From a virus: a stretch of DNA of 64,000 nt. Positions 48,968 through 58,288 of this stretch are shown in pieces (the first letter of the stretch is position 1; each line of letters starts with the position of its first letter). The stretch covers positions 6,447 through 70,446 of the IMG/VR virus record IMGVR_UViG_3300009159_005447, one strand, 5' to 3'. Below the pieces are notes generated by a model. That model was not told where the DNA came from, ran no database searches, and worked only from the letters and a program-made list of their open reading frames with translations. A program made the translations under genes and the position numbers.

Positions 48968-49804
48968 TTAAGTCCACAGGCTTTGGCGAATCTTAATAAG
49001 ACGAATCATCATACGTTCGTCTTCGTCTTCGTATTGCTTTTCAATCTTTGCAGAAAGTTTAAGTGCTCTGGTAGATTCTGCACGTTCCTTGGCATTGGCA
49101 TCATCAGCGCCAAGTATTGCGTCAGGATCTGCTTGACGTCGACGCTCGCAGACTGCACTCCATCCGCTGACATCGTGTACATCTGGTCTGTTAGGATACT
49201 CTTCTTTCCACCAATAGTACAAATCAAGAATCTCACGTGCCGACACTGCCTGTTGAGTTGGTTTGTTGTAGTCTTTGTGTGTGGGTAAGTAGCTGAAACT
49301 AGAACCCATAGTTAGACTGGATGCCCATTCTAAATATTCAACACCGGCTTCGGGATTACGCCAAGTTCTCCAACGTAGCCAACCACTGCGCCACCAAGGT
49401 ACATTGTACTTGGTCTTAGCCTCGTCACTCCACAAACAGTGATGCCACGCTTGTTCTATTTCAACAAAATCTACTAACTCGTTAAAAAGACAAGGGAGAA
49501 AGCGGCTGCCAACATCTGACCAAGTACCAGGCTTGATATCCCTAGGGTGAGCAGTAAGGCTATGACTGCGACTAATCCAACGGTTATTAATATAGTAACG
49601 TACATCATTTAATCGATCCGGAATGTAGTAAACAGTTTTTTGAAGGTAGTCCAATAGCTCTTCGGCAATCCAGTATCGAACAGGATGTTCCGCTTTAGCA
49701 GTTCGTGTCCAGTTTCCCCAGCCTTGGCTGGTTAAAGCACCGGGCTTGGGAGTCTTTCTTATCCAGTCCGCAAAGGCACTGTTTGACCAATAACTACTTC
49801 TCAT
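48968..49804 (-). CDS. Trp-rich hypothetical phage protein
   Basis: 278 aa, coupled to neighbours. Confidence 0.7.
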   Translation of the reverse strand: MRSSYWSNSAFADWIRKTPKPGALTSQGWGNWTRTAKAEHPVRYWIAEELLDYLQKTVYYIPDRLNDVRYYINNRWISRSHSLTAHPRDIKPGTWSDVGSRFLPCLFNELVDFVEIEQAWHHCLWSDEAKTKYNVPWWRSGWLRWRTWRNPEAGVEYLEWASSLTMGSSFSYLPTHKDYNKPTQQAVSAREILDLYYWWKEEYPNRPDVHDVSGWSAVCERRRQADPDAILGADDANAKERAESTRALKLSAKIEKQYEDEDERMMIRLIKIRQSLWT

Positions 49805-50160
49805 TTCTTTTCCGTGTATGCGTCTAGTAGAGCCGCCATAAAATCAGTTCTTTCAACTTCACTGAGTGCTGTTGAATCTTTATCCACTGCAAATCTTGTA
49901 ACAGAGTTGTTAGATTTAATTCCTACTACCAAATCTTTAAAAGTTTTGGCCTGGGCAACAAATTCTCCACCAACGTAGGCATAATAGACGTTGTCAATTT
50001 TTTCTACCTTTAGCTCAACTGCTTCATCAGAATCAGTTTCTTTATTGTGTTCATCGATTACGGCATCAATGATGCTGTGCATCATTGTTATTTTACCCAA
50101 CCAATAGCATACAATGCCGTAGACAAGAAGTGCAATGATTGTCAGCCAATCAAACTCCAT
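49801..50160 (-). CDS. hypothetical membrane protein
   Basis: N-terminal TM helix; AAGGAG SD. Confidence 0.65.
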   Translation of the reverse strand: MEFDWLTIIALLVYGIVCYWLGKITMMHSIIDAVIDEHNKETDSDEAVELKVEKIDNVYYAYVGGEFVAQAKTFKDLVVGIKSNNSVTRFAVDKDSTALSEVERTDFMAALLDAYTEKK

Positions 50161-50161
50161 A

Positions 50162-50668
50162 TCACTCTCCTTGGTTATATGCTACAATGAAATCCCTTAA
50201 CGCTTGTTCAATGTATCGATTGAGTGTAATGTCTTGCAAGTGTGCATTCTTCATTGCGGCAAACAGCAAGTCATCTTCAAGATCCAATTCAATTTGAACA
50301 CGGGTATCGTATTCAGTGCCGGCAACAATGGCTGTGCATTTTTCTATGTAGTCTGCTGCCACATCTAATTCGATGAATTTTTTATCATCATAGGACGTCA
50401 ACGGATCAATGCCACGTTTGGCTGCTTCGGCAAAGTACGATTCCTTGTATTCGGGGTTAAACCAAACGTAGGACCTTTCGTTTTTGTAGTCGTGTACTTC
50501 GGCAATGTATACGTTGTCGGGGCCATCAAAAACAATGTTGGCAGAATACAAATCGGGGTGGTCGCTGTCTAACCATCTTGCGTCGGGACTAAAACAATCC
50601 CAACCGTAGGGGCTGCCTCCGGTAATACGATGTCCAATAGCTGTGTTAAAACGTTCCACGGTAACCAT
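50162..50668 (-). CDS. hypothetical protein (C-terminal ribbon-helix-helix-like segment)
   Basis: AGGAG SD; AHLQDITLNRYIEQAL. Confidence 0.65.
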   Translation of the reverse strand: MVTVERFNTAIGHRITGGSPYGWDCFSPDARWLDSDHPDLYSANIVFDGPDNVYIAEVHDYKNERSYVWFNPEYKESYFAEAAKRGIDPLTSYDDKKFIELDVAADYIEKCTAIVAGTEYDTRVQIELDLEDDLLFAAMKNAHLQDITLNRYIEQALRDFIVAYNQGE

Positions 50669-50734
50669 TTTTTACTCCTAGTAGGTTAATTGATAGCTGT
50701 ATTTTACTTGAAAATTTGCCCGATGTCAAGCAAG

Positions 50735-50908
50735 TTATGCCCATTTTAGTCTAAATAATGTGGCGTGTTCGTCGTCGTTGAAAATAAAACGGTAATTTTG
50801 AGCAGGCCAGTCGGTTTCAACAGTCCATATGGATCTTGGTAAATGTTCCAGGCACCAGGTGATGGCGCCAGCGGTACGTTTAGACTCCTGAATATGGATT
50901 GTAATCAT
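50735..50908 (-). CDS. 57-aa FxL(K/R)W-family protein, not in ORF track
   Basis: MITIHIQESKRTAGAITWCLEHL...FIFNDDEHATLFRLKWA*. Confidence 0.65.
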   Translation of the reverse strand: MITIHIQESKRTAGAITWCLEHLPRSIWTVETDWPAQNYRFIFNDDEHATLFRLKWA

Positions 50909-51722
50909 AATTGATAATTGGACCTTTTTGATCTAAGGGGTTAACATAGGTGTGAATTAAATTTCTAGCTTCGTAATCTCGTCGTTGCTTGCTGGGTTCC
51001 CCTAGGATAACAACTGCGTATTGATGGCCAGCACGTTCGACTAACATAGCCAGGCACCGGCCGGCACGGTTGGTGAATCCTGTTTTACTAACAACAATAT
51101 TATCAAACTCGTCTAAAATAACTTTGTTGGTATTACTGATGCTGACAGTTCGAATTTTCTTTCCCTGTAGAGTTTCTAACTCTACTTCGGGGCGACTACT
51201 CAATGCACGAATGTCGGGGTATGTGCCGGCGGCCGCAACCATTTTTACAATGTCTCGGGCTGTGGCACTGTTGCCAGCACCAAGACCGGTTGGGTCTTGA
51301 AATTCTGCTGTCCACATTCCCAGACTACGTGCTTTGTCGTTCATCGAACGAATAAAGGTTTGACGATCACCTAGAAAGTTCTTGCTGAGTAATTCAGCGG
51401 CATAGTTGTCACTGCGAACTAATGTTAGCTTCAACAATTCGCCTACAGTATACTCCCTGCGTCCCATATACGGAGACTTCAATGAAATCTTACGAAGGGG
51501 ATTGGGCATCTGATCCAACACAACCATTGCTGTCATCAATTTGGTAATACTGGCCATACTACGGACAACATTGGCATTTTTCTCAAGGGCCACTGAATTT
51601 GTGTCAGAGTTCATTACTACAATACTATGTTCGGGTACTGGCACAGCCGCTTTTTGTTTCTTTGCGGCTTCTGCGTTAAAGATCGAAATGCTTATTAATA
51701 TTGTTATTATAAATCTTTTCAT
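50880..51722 (-). CDS. peptidase S11 D-Ala-D-Ala carboxy/endopeptidase (PBP7/DacA-like)
   Basis: Signal peptide; ASITKLMTA (SxxK), SDN, KTG. Confidence 0.9.
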   Translation of the reverse strand: MKRFIITILISISIFNAEAAKKQKAAVPVPEHSIVVMNSDTNSVALEKNANVVRSMASITKLMTAMVVLDQMPNPLRKISLKSPYMGRREYTVGELLKLTLVRSDNYAAELLSKNFLGDRQTFIRSMNDKARSLGMWTAEFQDPTGLGAGNSATARDIVKMVAAAGTYPDIRALSSRPEVELETLQGKKIRTVSISNTNKVILDEFDNIVVSKTGFTNRAGRCLAMLVERAGHQYAVVILGEPSKQRRDYEARNLIHTYVNPLDQKGPIINYDYNPYSGV

Positions 51723-52048
51723 ATGTAAGTTAACCTGAATAACGTTATAGCACCTTCATCATAAAAATCAAGATGGATCTGTTCTTCATAGTATCCCCCG
51801 GACATTTTTGGAACATATTCTCTATGCCGCCTGACTGTAAATCCCAATGTGCGTTTCATCTTGTCACGGACTAACAACACACTAGGACTATCTCTATAAC
51901 GGTTAGCGATCTTATTATAAATTACTGCCCATTCCTGCTCAGTGAACTTGATAGTGCTAGATATCGCCTTCTCGTTCTCTATACTCTCGTCTTGCTTTGG
52001 CCAATGTAAAGATTTTACCATTGTCATCTTCCCATTCTGCTGGTACAC
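51719..52048 (-). CDS. hypothetical protein, FxL-family-like C-terminus; start uncertain
   Basis: Ends HLDFYDEGAITLFRLTYI; the 5' part overlaps the upstream gene. Confidence 0.5.
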   Translation of the reverse strand: MYQQNGKMTMVKSLHWPKQDESIENEKAISSTIKFTEQEWAVIYNKIANRYRDSPSVLLVRDKMKRTLGFTVRRHREYVPKMSGGYYEEQIHLDFYDEGAITLFRLTYI

Positions 52049-52487
52049 CGTTAATAGTATGTGGCTCTTGTTCGTCGTAGAGCCAGCCTAACACTCGCAT
52101 CATTTTGTGCTTGACTAGCAGATTTGGACTGCGAAATGCTTCACAATCGTCAAAGCCCATCATAACACCAATTTCACAAACTGCACCACTACGGCAAACA
52201 CCTGCGTGACAATGTACAACTACATTCATTCTATTTAGTAGGGCGTGTTGCAGTAATTCTACCAGCCGTTGTGCTTGCTCATCACTGCATCTGAATGCTT
52301 CGTCAATGGTGTAGTCGTTGGCTTCGATATCAAGGAATTCAAATTGATGAGTTTCTTTGAATTTGTGCATAGGGACGGGAAACTCCATACACGGGTCAAC
52401 AATTTGAATCAACATACTATTTTCGCCAGCATTATGGTGACGTCCTCTTGGGATATCAACAAGTGCTACGTTTTCGATCCAGGGCAT
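51957..52487 (-). CDS. dual-specificity/tyrosine phosphatase-like protein
   Basis: VHCHAGVCRS (HCx5R). Confidence 0.8.
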   Translation of the reverse strand: MPWIENVALVDIPRGRHHNAGENSMLIQIVDPCMEFPVPMHKFKETHQFEFLDIEANDYTIDEAFRCSDEQAQRLVELLQHALLNRMNVVVHCHAGVCRSGAVCEIGVMMGFDDCEAFRSPNLLVKHKMMRVLGWLYDEQEPHTINGVPAEWEDDNGKIFTLAKARREYREREGDI

Positions 52488-52545
52488 AATTACTCCTATG
52501 TGATAATATATTATACACTATTTCAGTGTGTTTGTCAATGGGGTA

Positions 52546-52896
52546 TTACGCTACCCATTTTAGTGCAAAATAAACTGCATCTTCTTTACTTTCGAATAAA
52601 AATTCCCGCCCGTTTCTTTTAAACTGCTGTTGGCAATGTTCTTCCAACCAAACAGTAATATCAACGGCGTGTCGGTTATCCTGCAGTCTTGACAAGGTCA
52701 CAGGTGTCCAACCGGATTGTTCCAACATTGACCATAATATTCCGCGGTCTATTTCCTTGGCCATCCGTTCGGCTGCTTTATTGGCTATTGCTTGTTCTAA
52801 AGTGTCACGATCTAAAGACTCACGAGACCAAGCCATTGCACGTTTCTTTTGCACAATTATTCCTCCGACCAACGTAGCATAAACATAGTTAGACAT
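52546..52896 (-). CDS. FxL(K/R)W-family protein (true start probably MAWSRE)
   Basis: WLEEH...FLFESKEDAVYFALKW. Confidence 0.6.
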   Translation of the reverse strand: MSNYVYATLVGGIIVQKKRAMAWSRESLDRDTLEQAIANKAAERMAKEIDRGILWSMLEQSGWTPVTLSRLQDNRHAVDITVWLEEHCQQQFKRNGREFLFESKEDAVYFALKWVA

Positions 52897-53099
52897 TGTG
52901 GGTTATGTAGTTGCCAACCATTGTAGGCTGTTCTTCGACCTACCTGATGTTCTTCAACCCACTGATCTATCTCCAACAATACCGAATCGTCGGGCGCAAA
53001 GGACCAGCTGGCCACACCAAGTTGATCTTTGTCTACCCAAATTTCCACGTAATTTTTTACGTGTTTTCGGGTAATAACTTTTAAGCCCATTTTAAACAA
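52857..53099 (-). CDS. FxL(K/R)W-family protein
   Basis: WVEEH...NPQCLTMFMLRW. Confidence 0.6.
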   Translation of the reverse strand: MFKMGLKVITRKHVKNYVEIWVDKDQLGVASWSFAPDDSVLLEIDQWVEEHQVGRRTAYNGWQLHNPQCLTMFMLRWSEE

Positions 53100-53329
53100 A
53101 ACAATGTGAGGGATTCGTGGTTGGGAATGTCCACTGTCATTCCTTCTTTTTTACAATTATGTTCTTCACACCAATGGACTAGTTCTTCGTAATGGTTATA
53201 CCAATACGAAATATCAGTTAGCACAATCAAATGGGAGTTGGGTGATTCTTGAAGTCCGTCTGCCAAGTACGCCGGGGCAATTATAAATCGCTGTTCTTTC
53301 CAGCTTTGCATTATGTCTGTCATTGCCAT
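53081..53329 (-). CDS. FxL(K/R)W-family protein
   Basis: WCEEH...NHESLTLFCLKW. Confidence 0.6.
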   Translation of the reverse strand: MAMTDIMQSWKEQRFIIAPAYLADGLQESPNSHLIVLTDISYWYNHYEELVHWCEEHNCKKEGMTVDIPNHESLTLFCLKWA

Positions 53330-53502
53330 CTCAACATAAACATCAGTGCTTCTTTTTCGTCACCAAAGAAGAAATCAATTTTTGTATTGTCATAGGTATT
53401 GTATCCGTCTTGGTGCATATCGTTAGTGATGTAACTTGGACAATTTTCTTTTGCCCAGGTCATTGCTTCCCAGACTGGATCATAGGGTAATGTAACAATC
53501 AT
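53320..53502 (-). CDS. FxL(K/R)W-family protein
   Basis: WAKEN...FFFGDEKEALMFMLRW. Confidence 0.65.
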   Translation of the reverse strand: MIVTLPYDPVWEAMTWAKENCPSYITNDMHQDGYNTYDNTKIDFFFGDEKEALMFMLRWQ

Positions 53503-53741
53503 CTATATTTTAACAAGAAGTAGGTTGCATTTTGTTCAGAAAATTTAGCACGTATACTGATGCGGTATCCCCAAGACTTGTGATCAATTGCCCTCCCCCA
53601 AATTGGCTCTTCTACGCAATTTTCCATTACCCATTTTCCAGAGTCTGACTGTTGCCAGTCATAGATAGGGCCCGCGGCATAAATTTCAGGGTCATCTACA
53701 TCGCCTAATCTAAATTCGTGTACGGTTAAAGTAACAGTCAT
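53499..53741 (-). CDS. FxL(K/R)W-family-like protein
   Basis: WVMEN...SEQNATYFLLKY. Confidence 0.6.
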   Translation of the reverse strand: MTVTLTVHEFRLGDVDDPEIYAAGPIYDWQQSDSGKWVMENCVEEPIWGRAIDHKSWGYRISIRAKFSEQNATYFLLKYR

Positions 53742-54217
53742 TATGTTTTTTTAAGTATGTCCCAGACTTTCATCTTGTCCCGAATATCTGCTTCCAGTGC
53801 CCTATACTCATCGCCTAGGCGTTTGAGTTCATCCCATTCTTTTTCAAGTTCCAGGGAAGGTCGTAACAGCCCCAGTCTTTGCTCAACTGCGTCAAGTGTG
53901 CTTTGAATGTTTTCCAGCGTGGTTTTGAGGCTTGTTCCATTGACCACAACATCTGCATTATCGCCGGTGAGTTGCAGAGTCCCGGACGCCGAAGATGTTA
54001 GCCACGGGCTGGCACTGGTCCATTGGGTAGCAGATCCAGAACTTGTTAACCATTGGTTAGAGGTCCCACCGTTGGCAATTGATACGTTACTGACGCTGTA
54101 TGTAGATCCAACTGCTCCTACCATTGTACCCGAGTAGCCTGATATGGGTAATGTTGCTGTTGTTGTTTTAGACATAGGTAAAGTTATTTTTAAAAATTTT
54201 AACGCATTGCTAGACAA
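53741..54217 (-). CDS. hypothetical protein, Ser/Thr-rich N-terminus and coiled-coil C-terminus (start probably MSKTTT)
   Basis: ORF track; stop coupled to the next gene. Confidence 0.65.
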   Translation of the reverse strand: MSSNALKFLKITLPMSKTTTATLPISGYSGTMVGAVGSTYSVSNVSIANGGTSNQWLTSSGSATQWTSASPWLTSSASGTLQLTGDNADVVVNGTSLKTTLENIQSTLDAVEQRLGLLRPSLELEKEWDELKRLGDEYRALEADIRDKMKVWDILKKT

Positions 54218-54239
54218 ATGTCAAGATAATTTAGTCAAG

Positions 54240-54265
54240 AAAAAGCCCGCCTAAGCGGGCTTTTG
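54240..54265 (-). terminator. intrinsic terminator ending the tRNA transcript
   Basis: AAAAGCCCGC..GCGGGCTTTT. Confidence 0.75.
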
Positions 54266-54267
54266 TT

Positions 54268-54342
54268 TGGTACCTGGTCACGGTTTCGAACCGCGGACCC
54301 TTTCCGTGTAAAGGAAACGCTCTCCCCCTGAGCTAACCAGGC
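54268..54342 (-). tRNA. tRNA-Val(TAC)
   Basis: Cloverleaf, loop TT-TAC-AC, encoded CCA. Confidence 0.9.
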
Positions 54343-54350
54343 AATTGTAA

Positions 54351-54424
54351 TGGAGCGGGATAGGAGAATCGAACTCCTGACTAAACCTTGGCAAGGTTTC
54401 GTTTGACCATTAAACTAATCCCGC
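54351..54424 (-). tRNA. tRNA-Gly(GCC)
   Basis: Cloverleaf, loop TT-GCC-AA, U73, CCA. Confidence 0.9.
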
Positions 54425-54431
54425 ATATAAT

Positions 54432-54515
54432 TGGTGCCCCAGGGGAGACTCGAACTCCCACGCCTTTCGACAATGGCTTCTAAGACCATCGTGTCTACCA
54501 TTCCACCACCAGGGC
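54432..54515 (-). tRNA. tRNA-Leu(TAG)
   Basis: Long variable arm, loop CT-TAG-AA, CCA. Confidence 0.9.
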
Positions 54516-54590
54516 ATATCTAACAGGTTAATACCGGTTTAATGACCCGGCAGTCGCCATATGTTTATATCGCTGTAATTAACCTAAATT

Positions 54591-54665
54591 TGGTTGCGGG
54601 GGAAGGACTCGAACCTCCGGCTCCCGGGTTATGAGCCCGGTGGTCTACCACTGACGTACCCCGCG
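54591..54665 (-). tRNA. initiator tRNA-fMet(CAT)
   Basis: C1:A72 mismatch, GGG/CCC anticodon stem, CT-CAT-AA. Confidence 0.9.
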
Positions 54666-54670
54666 ATATT

Positions 54671-54856
54671 TTATTTAACCTTTAACAAATACTCAGTACC
54701 AATTTTTCCTTGTTCAATTTCTTTGATTGCTGTTATTGCTTCTTTGTTGTTGGTATCTATCATCGGCCGATGACCGCGCTTTAGTTCTCTAACTCGGACC
54801 GATGCCGCTAGCACTATGTCGAATCTATTTGTTAATGGTTCTTTTTTAAATGTCAT
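54671..54856 (-). CDS. rpoZ: RNA polymerase omega subunit-like protein
   Basis: NRFDIVLAASVRVREL, K..ITAIKEIEQGKI. Confidence 0.8.
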   Translation of the reverse strand: MTFKKEPLTNRFDIVLAASVRVRELKRGHRPMIDTNNKEAITAIKEIEQGKIGTEYLLKVK

Positions 54857-54865
54857 TTTATTCCT

Positions 54866-54940
54866 TGGTCCGGCGTACAGGAATCGAACCTGTATTGATA
54901 GCTTAGAAGGCTACTGTTCTGTCCATTGAACTAACGCCAG
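54866..54940 (-). tRNA. tRNA-Arg(TCT)
   Basis: Cloverleaf, CT-TCT-AA, CCA. Confidence 0.9.
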
Positions 54941-55096
54941 CTAATGTTGCTATTATACAGTATTTAACCTAGCTTGTCAATTAAAATGATGGTTTTTTTG
55001 TGTCAGGATAACCAACAACCCCGGATACACAGCCCATCCCACGTTTCGTGTATCGCGGACGCTGATTCTCAACCTAGGCGGAGGTGGGTCAGCGGT

Positions 55097-55699
55097 TTAC
55101 ATTGTAGGACCGTTGCCGTTCCTAAATCCGATCTCACCGCCTTCGTTGGCGATGCGCTTGTAGACATCCTCCAACAAGATAGGAGTGAAATCTGTTTGCT
55201 CCACGCAAACACAATGGTAACGGACATCGTTTTCGTCCCCGTACAAAATAGCACCAGTACGAGCATCAACGCCACGTGCCTTCTTGACACGATTTGTGTG
55301 CAAGTGACCGTGAATGTTAACACCAAACCGCCCCAATGATGCTTCGTGTACAGGAATATGACTCAAGATCATTCCGTTCAATACGTGATATGCTCTCAAT
55401 TCACGAAAGTACCTGCGGTACTCCTCATCACGGAAGATGTCGTGGTTGCCACGGATCAATACCTTGTCACCGTTCAATCGATGCAATATGGGCAAGGCCT
55501 TGCGGTTGATCACAACATCACCCAAGTGATAGACCTTGTCGTTGGGACGAACTGTGTCGTTCCACCGGCGTACCATTTCCTTGTCCATTTCGTCAGGGTC
55601 GGTCCAGGGACGGATCTTTGTAACTCCATCTTCTTCGGTAAAGCGGCACACACCGGCGTGACCGAAATGCGTATCACTGACTAAAAATGTTGCTGGCAT
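55097..55699 (-). CDS. calcineurin-like metallophosphoesterase
   Basis: SDTHFGH, HLGD, RGNHD, SH, HGHLH. Confidence 0.85.
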   Translation of the reverse strand: MPATFLVSDTHFGHAGVCRFTEEDGVTKIRPWTDPDEMDKEMVRRWNDTVRPNDKVYHLGDVVINRKALPILHRLNGDKVLIRGNHDIFRDEEYRRYFRELRAYHVLNGMILSHIPVHEASLGRFGVNIHGHLHTNRVKKARGVDARTGAILYGDENDVRYHCVCVEQTDFTPILLEDVYKRIANEGGEIGFRNGNGPTM

Positions 55700-55714
55700 T
55701 GTGTACTCCTTTCT

Positions 55715-56188
55715 TTAATTAAACCAAATCTCATCAAAGCCTTCCTCAACAGTGGGTGGCTCCACGCTTAAATCAATTGCCATCTGTTCTACTACATTCT
55801 GCGGAATAACTTTGCCTGGACGGCTGGCCAATCTACGAGCAAGTTCTTCTTTTTCAGGTGTCTTGAACACCACGGCAATTTTGTAGTAGTCGGGTAGCAT
55901 ACGAAACTTTCTTGCACGACTTGCAATAGAGGTACTGGTTTGATCCCAGATAATATCTTTACCTGCATCACGTGCGCCATTTACTGCACCAGCCATTTTG
56001 GCCACTGCAACAGGCATATATTCTTCAAATACTTCGCTGTAGGTTTTACCCACAGTCTCGGCCCATTCCTCCACGTACTTGTCTGTGGATACGTATGCAC
56101 AATCGTCAAACCATTCTTGCGATTTTGCCCAGGTGCTTTTACCCGAAGCAGGCACGCCAACCAGTACATAGAGTTTTCTTTTTTCCAT
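55715..56188 (-). CDS. P-loop kinase (AAA_33 / polynucleotide-kinase-like)
   Basis: GVPASGKST, STD, WDQT, EEGF. Confidence 0.8.
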   Translation of the reverse strand: MEKRKLYVLVGVPASGKSTWAKSQEWFDDCAYVSTDKYVEEWAETVGKTYSEVFEEYMPVAVAKMAGAVNGARDAGKDIIWDQTSTSIASRARKFRMLPDYYKIAVVFKTPEKEELARRLASRPGKVIPQNVVEQMAIDLSVEPPTVEEGFDEIWFN

Positions 56189-56247
56189 AGCTGTATTATA
56201 GCAGATACCTGCTGGTTTGTCAACCGAAAATTATGTAGTAATTAGTA

Positions 56248-57426
56248 TTACCTGCAGAATTCGCTGAGATCGACGCGATATCCGTCAATGTATTCACGCA
56301 TTAACTCGCGACCGTGAAAGGCATAGCCTGCAGGTCCGTTGTGAATCACGTGCCGTGACCAATTGACAAATCTATCTGAACTGTGCAATCTCTTTTTGCC
56401 AGCTTCAATGGCATAGCGCCAGAATGGTGTGTCCAATTTGTTTTCGCCTACGTAGTTGATGGCAATCAAATCCTGTATGTACTCCACGTGGTCCAAGTAC
56501 ATACGATTGACTATGTTCTCAACACCCCAGGCATTGTCTGTGTTTGCCAACGCTTCGCAAAAACGTTTGGTTAATAACATATAAAAATGCAAAGGGATAG
56601 CCTGGTGCGGTTCAAAGAAATAAAGCCTATTGCCCATAGACAATATCCTACCAGCTTGTGCCTGTGTTTTGTAGTAAGGCGCCCAGGAGAACTTGCGTAG
56701 CGGTTCTGTGTCAATGTCTTTGATAGCGGCAAACTTGGCCTTGGCTTCGTCTAGGCTGGTAATTGCGTTATTGTACAAATAGCCCCAGGCTTTTCTATGC
56801 TGTAAGGGTACACCAAACATCCATCCATTGTCGTGGATGTAGCTGGATGTATAAGGTTCATTGTAGCGTTGAAAATCAGGATACAGTATAACAGAGTTAA
56901 CAGAAACAAACTGTGGTTTATTGTATTCTACACTGTTTAATTCTTCTGCCGAAGGCGTTCCGCGGCAATCAATTACATAGTTAAAGGAGTAAGCATCTTT
57001 ATCACCTCTAATGGTGGCCGCATATTCAACCTGCGTGATACTTTTAACATTCTCTGGAACCATTGTAAAATTCTCGTAGAGTTGTTCAAGTCTTTCAAAT
57101 ACAAAGGCACTGAATTTCTCGCTGTTGACGTGCAATCCCGGTGCGGCATAGCGTATGGTAAAATCTTCACCGTGTGCCGCAGTCCAATTGTATTTGGTAC
57201 AATATCTTAAGGTACCATCGATCTTGTCTAGGTCTGTTAAAGGATCAAAACGAATAGCTTCGTACATCAGACCGTATATAGCGGCACTGGCGCTTTCGCC
57301 TACGTGAGTAATGGGGATATCAGGATTGTAAAAACAAGTTACCTCAACGGACTTGGGTAAGTTTGTTAATAAAGTTGAAACGGCAACTGCACTGGCGGTG
57401 CCAACGCCTACTATTCCAATTTTCAT
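56248..57426 (-). CDS. tryptophan-halogenase-like flavoprotein (divergent)
   Basis: IVGVGTAS, VGES, IDCRG, GWMFGVPL, FFEP. Confidence 0.75.
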   Translation of the reverse strand: MKIGIVGVGTASAVAVSTLLTNLPKSVEVTCFYNPDIPITHVGESASAAIYGLMYEAIRFDPLTDLDKIDGTLRYCTKYNWTAAHGEDFTIRYAAPGLHVNSEKFSAFVFERLEQLYENFTMVPENVKSITQVEYAATIRGDKDAYSFNYVIDCRGTPSAEELNSVEYNKPQFVSVNSVILYPDFQRYNEPYTSSYIHDNGWMFGVPLQHRKAWGYLYNNAITSLDEAKAKFAAIKDIDTEPLRKFSWAPYYKTQAQAGRILSMGNRLYFFEPHQAIPLHFYMLLTKRFCEALANTDNAWGVENIVNRMYLDHVEYIQDLIAINYVGENKLDTPFWRYAIEAGKKRLHSSDRFVNWSRHVIHNGPAGYAFHGRELMREYIDGYRVDLSEFCR

Positions 57427-57440
57427 AATTTATAATTTGT

Positions 57441-57517
57441 TGGTCGGAGTACGAGGGATCGAACCTCGGACCTCCTGGTCCCAAACCAGGCGCACTACCA
57501 GGCTGTGCTACACTCCG
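57441..57517 (-). tRNA. tRNA-Pro(TGG)
   Basis: Cloverleaf, TT-TGG-GA, CCA. Confidence 0.9.
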
Positions 57518-57541
57518 AAATTGTTCTGTTGTATAATGTAT

Positions 57542-58159
57542 TTAAGTAAGTTGACGTTTGAAGGGAATATAATGATTGTAATTTGTATTTACTACACGGT
57601 CAATTGGCACAATATCAAATGCAATAGTAATGCGTTGGCCTGATTGCATCCATTCACTGCTACGATGCTCGTCTCCGGCGCTACGACCAAACACCAATAA
57701 GCCGTTTTTATTATCTACATTGTAGACAACGTTTTTGTTGTTGACAAATCGATAACTGGTTGTGGTGTTGTTGGCATTGACACAATAATATCCGTGAATA
57801 ACGGAATCGCTTTCTTCCCAATGCCCGTGCCAGTCAATGAATTCACCAGATCTAAAAATGTTGGCCCAGGCCTGTATAACGTAAGACTTGTCTTTATGTA
57901 AAAACGGTTCTATGTTGTCCAGTAAACAATAGTATAATTTAAAAAAGTTTTTATCAGTAAATGTGAGTATGTTGTACTCTTTAAAGATAGAAGTCATATA
58001 TGACCCAAAAAAACTAAGATCCTGCGGCTCGGGAAATCGTTTTTTTAAAATTGATTCGGCCTGCAAACAAAGATTATACAGTGCTTGGTTATCATTGTTG
58101 TGACCTGTATCAATGGTCCAAAGATAATCTGGTATAATTGTTTTGGTGTCTACTGACAT
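57542..58159 (-). CDS. 2OG-Fe(II) oxygenase-like protein
   Basis: AWAN...WHGH, GYY, H, RITIAFD. Confidence 0.75.
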   Translation of the reverse strand: MSVDTKTIIPDYLWTIDTGHNNDNQALYNLCLQAESILKKRFPEPQDLSFFGSYMTSIFKEYNILTFTDKNFFKLYYCLLDNIEPFLHKDKSYVIQAWANIFRSGEFIDWHGHWEESDSVIHGYYCVNANNTTTSYRFVNNKNVVYNVDNKNGLLVFGRSAGDEHRSSEWMQSGQRITIAFDIVPIDRVVNTNYNHYIPFKRQLT

Positions 58160-58163
58160 AAAG

Positions 58164-58237
58164 TGGAGCGGGGTAAGAGAATCGAACTCTCAGCATTAGC
58201 TTGGAAGGCTAAGGTATTACCACTATACGAACCCCGC
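58164..58237 (-). tRNA. tRNA-Gly(TCC)
   Basis: Cloverleaf, CT-TCC-AA, CCA. Confidence 0.9.
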
Positions 58238-58288
58238 ATAAGTTATCTTGTAAAATATTTATTAATTAATTATTGATGTGATTTAATT

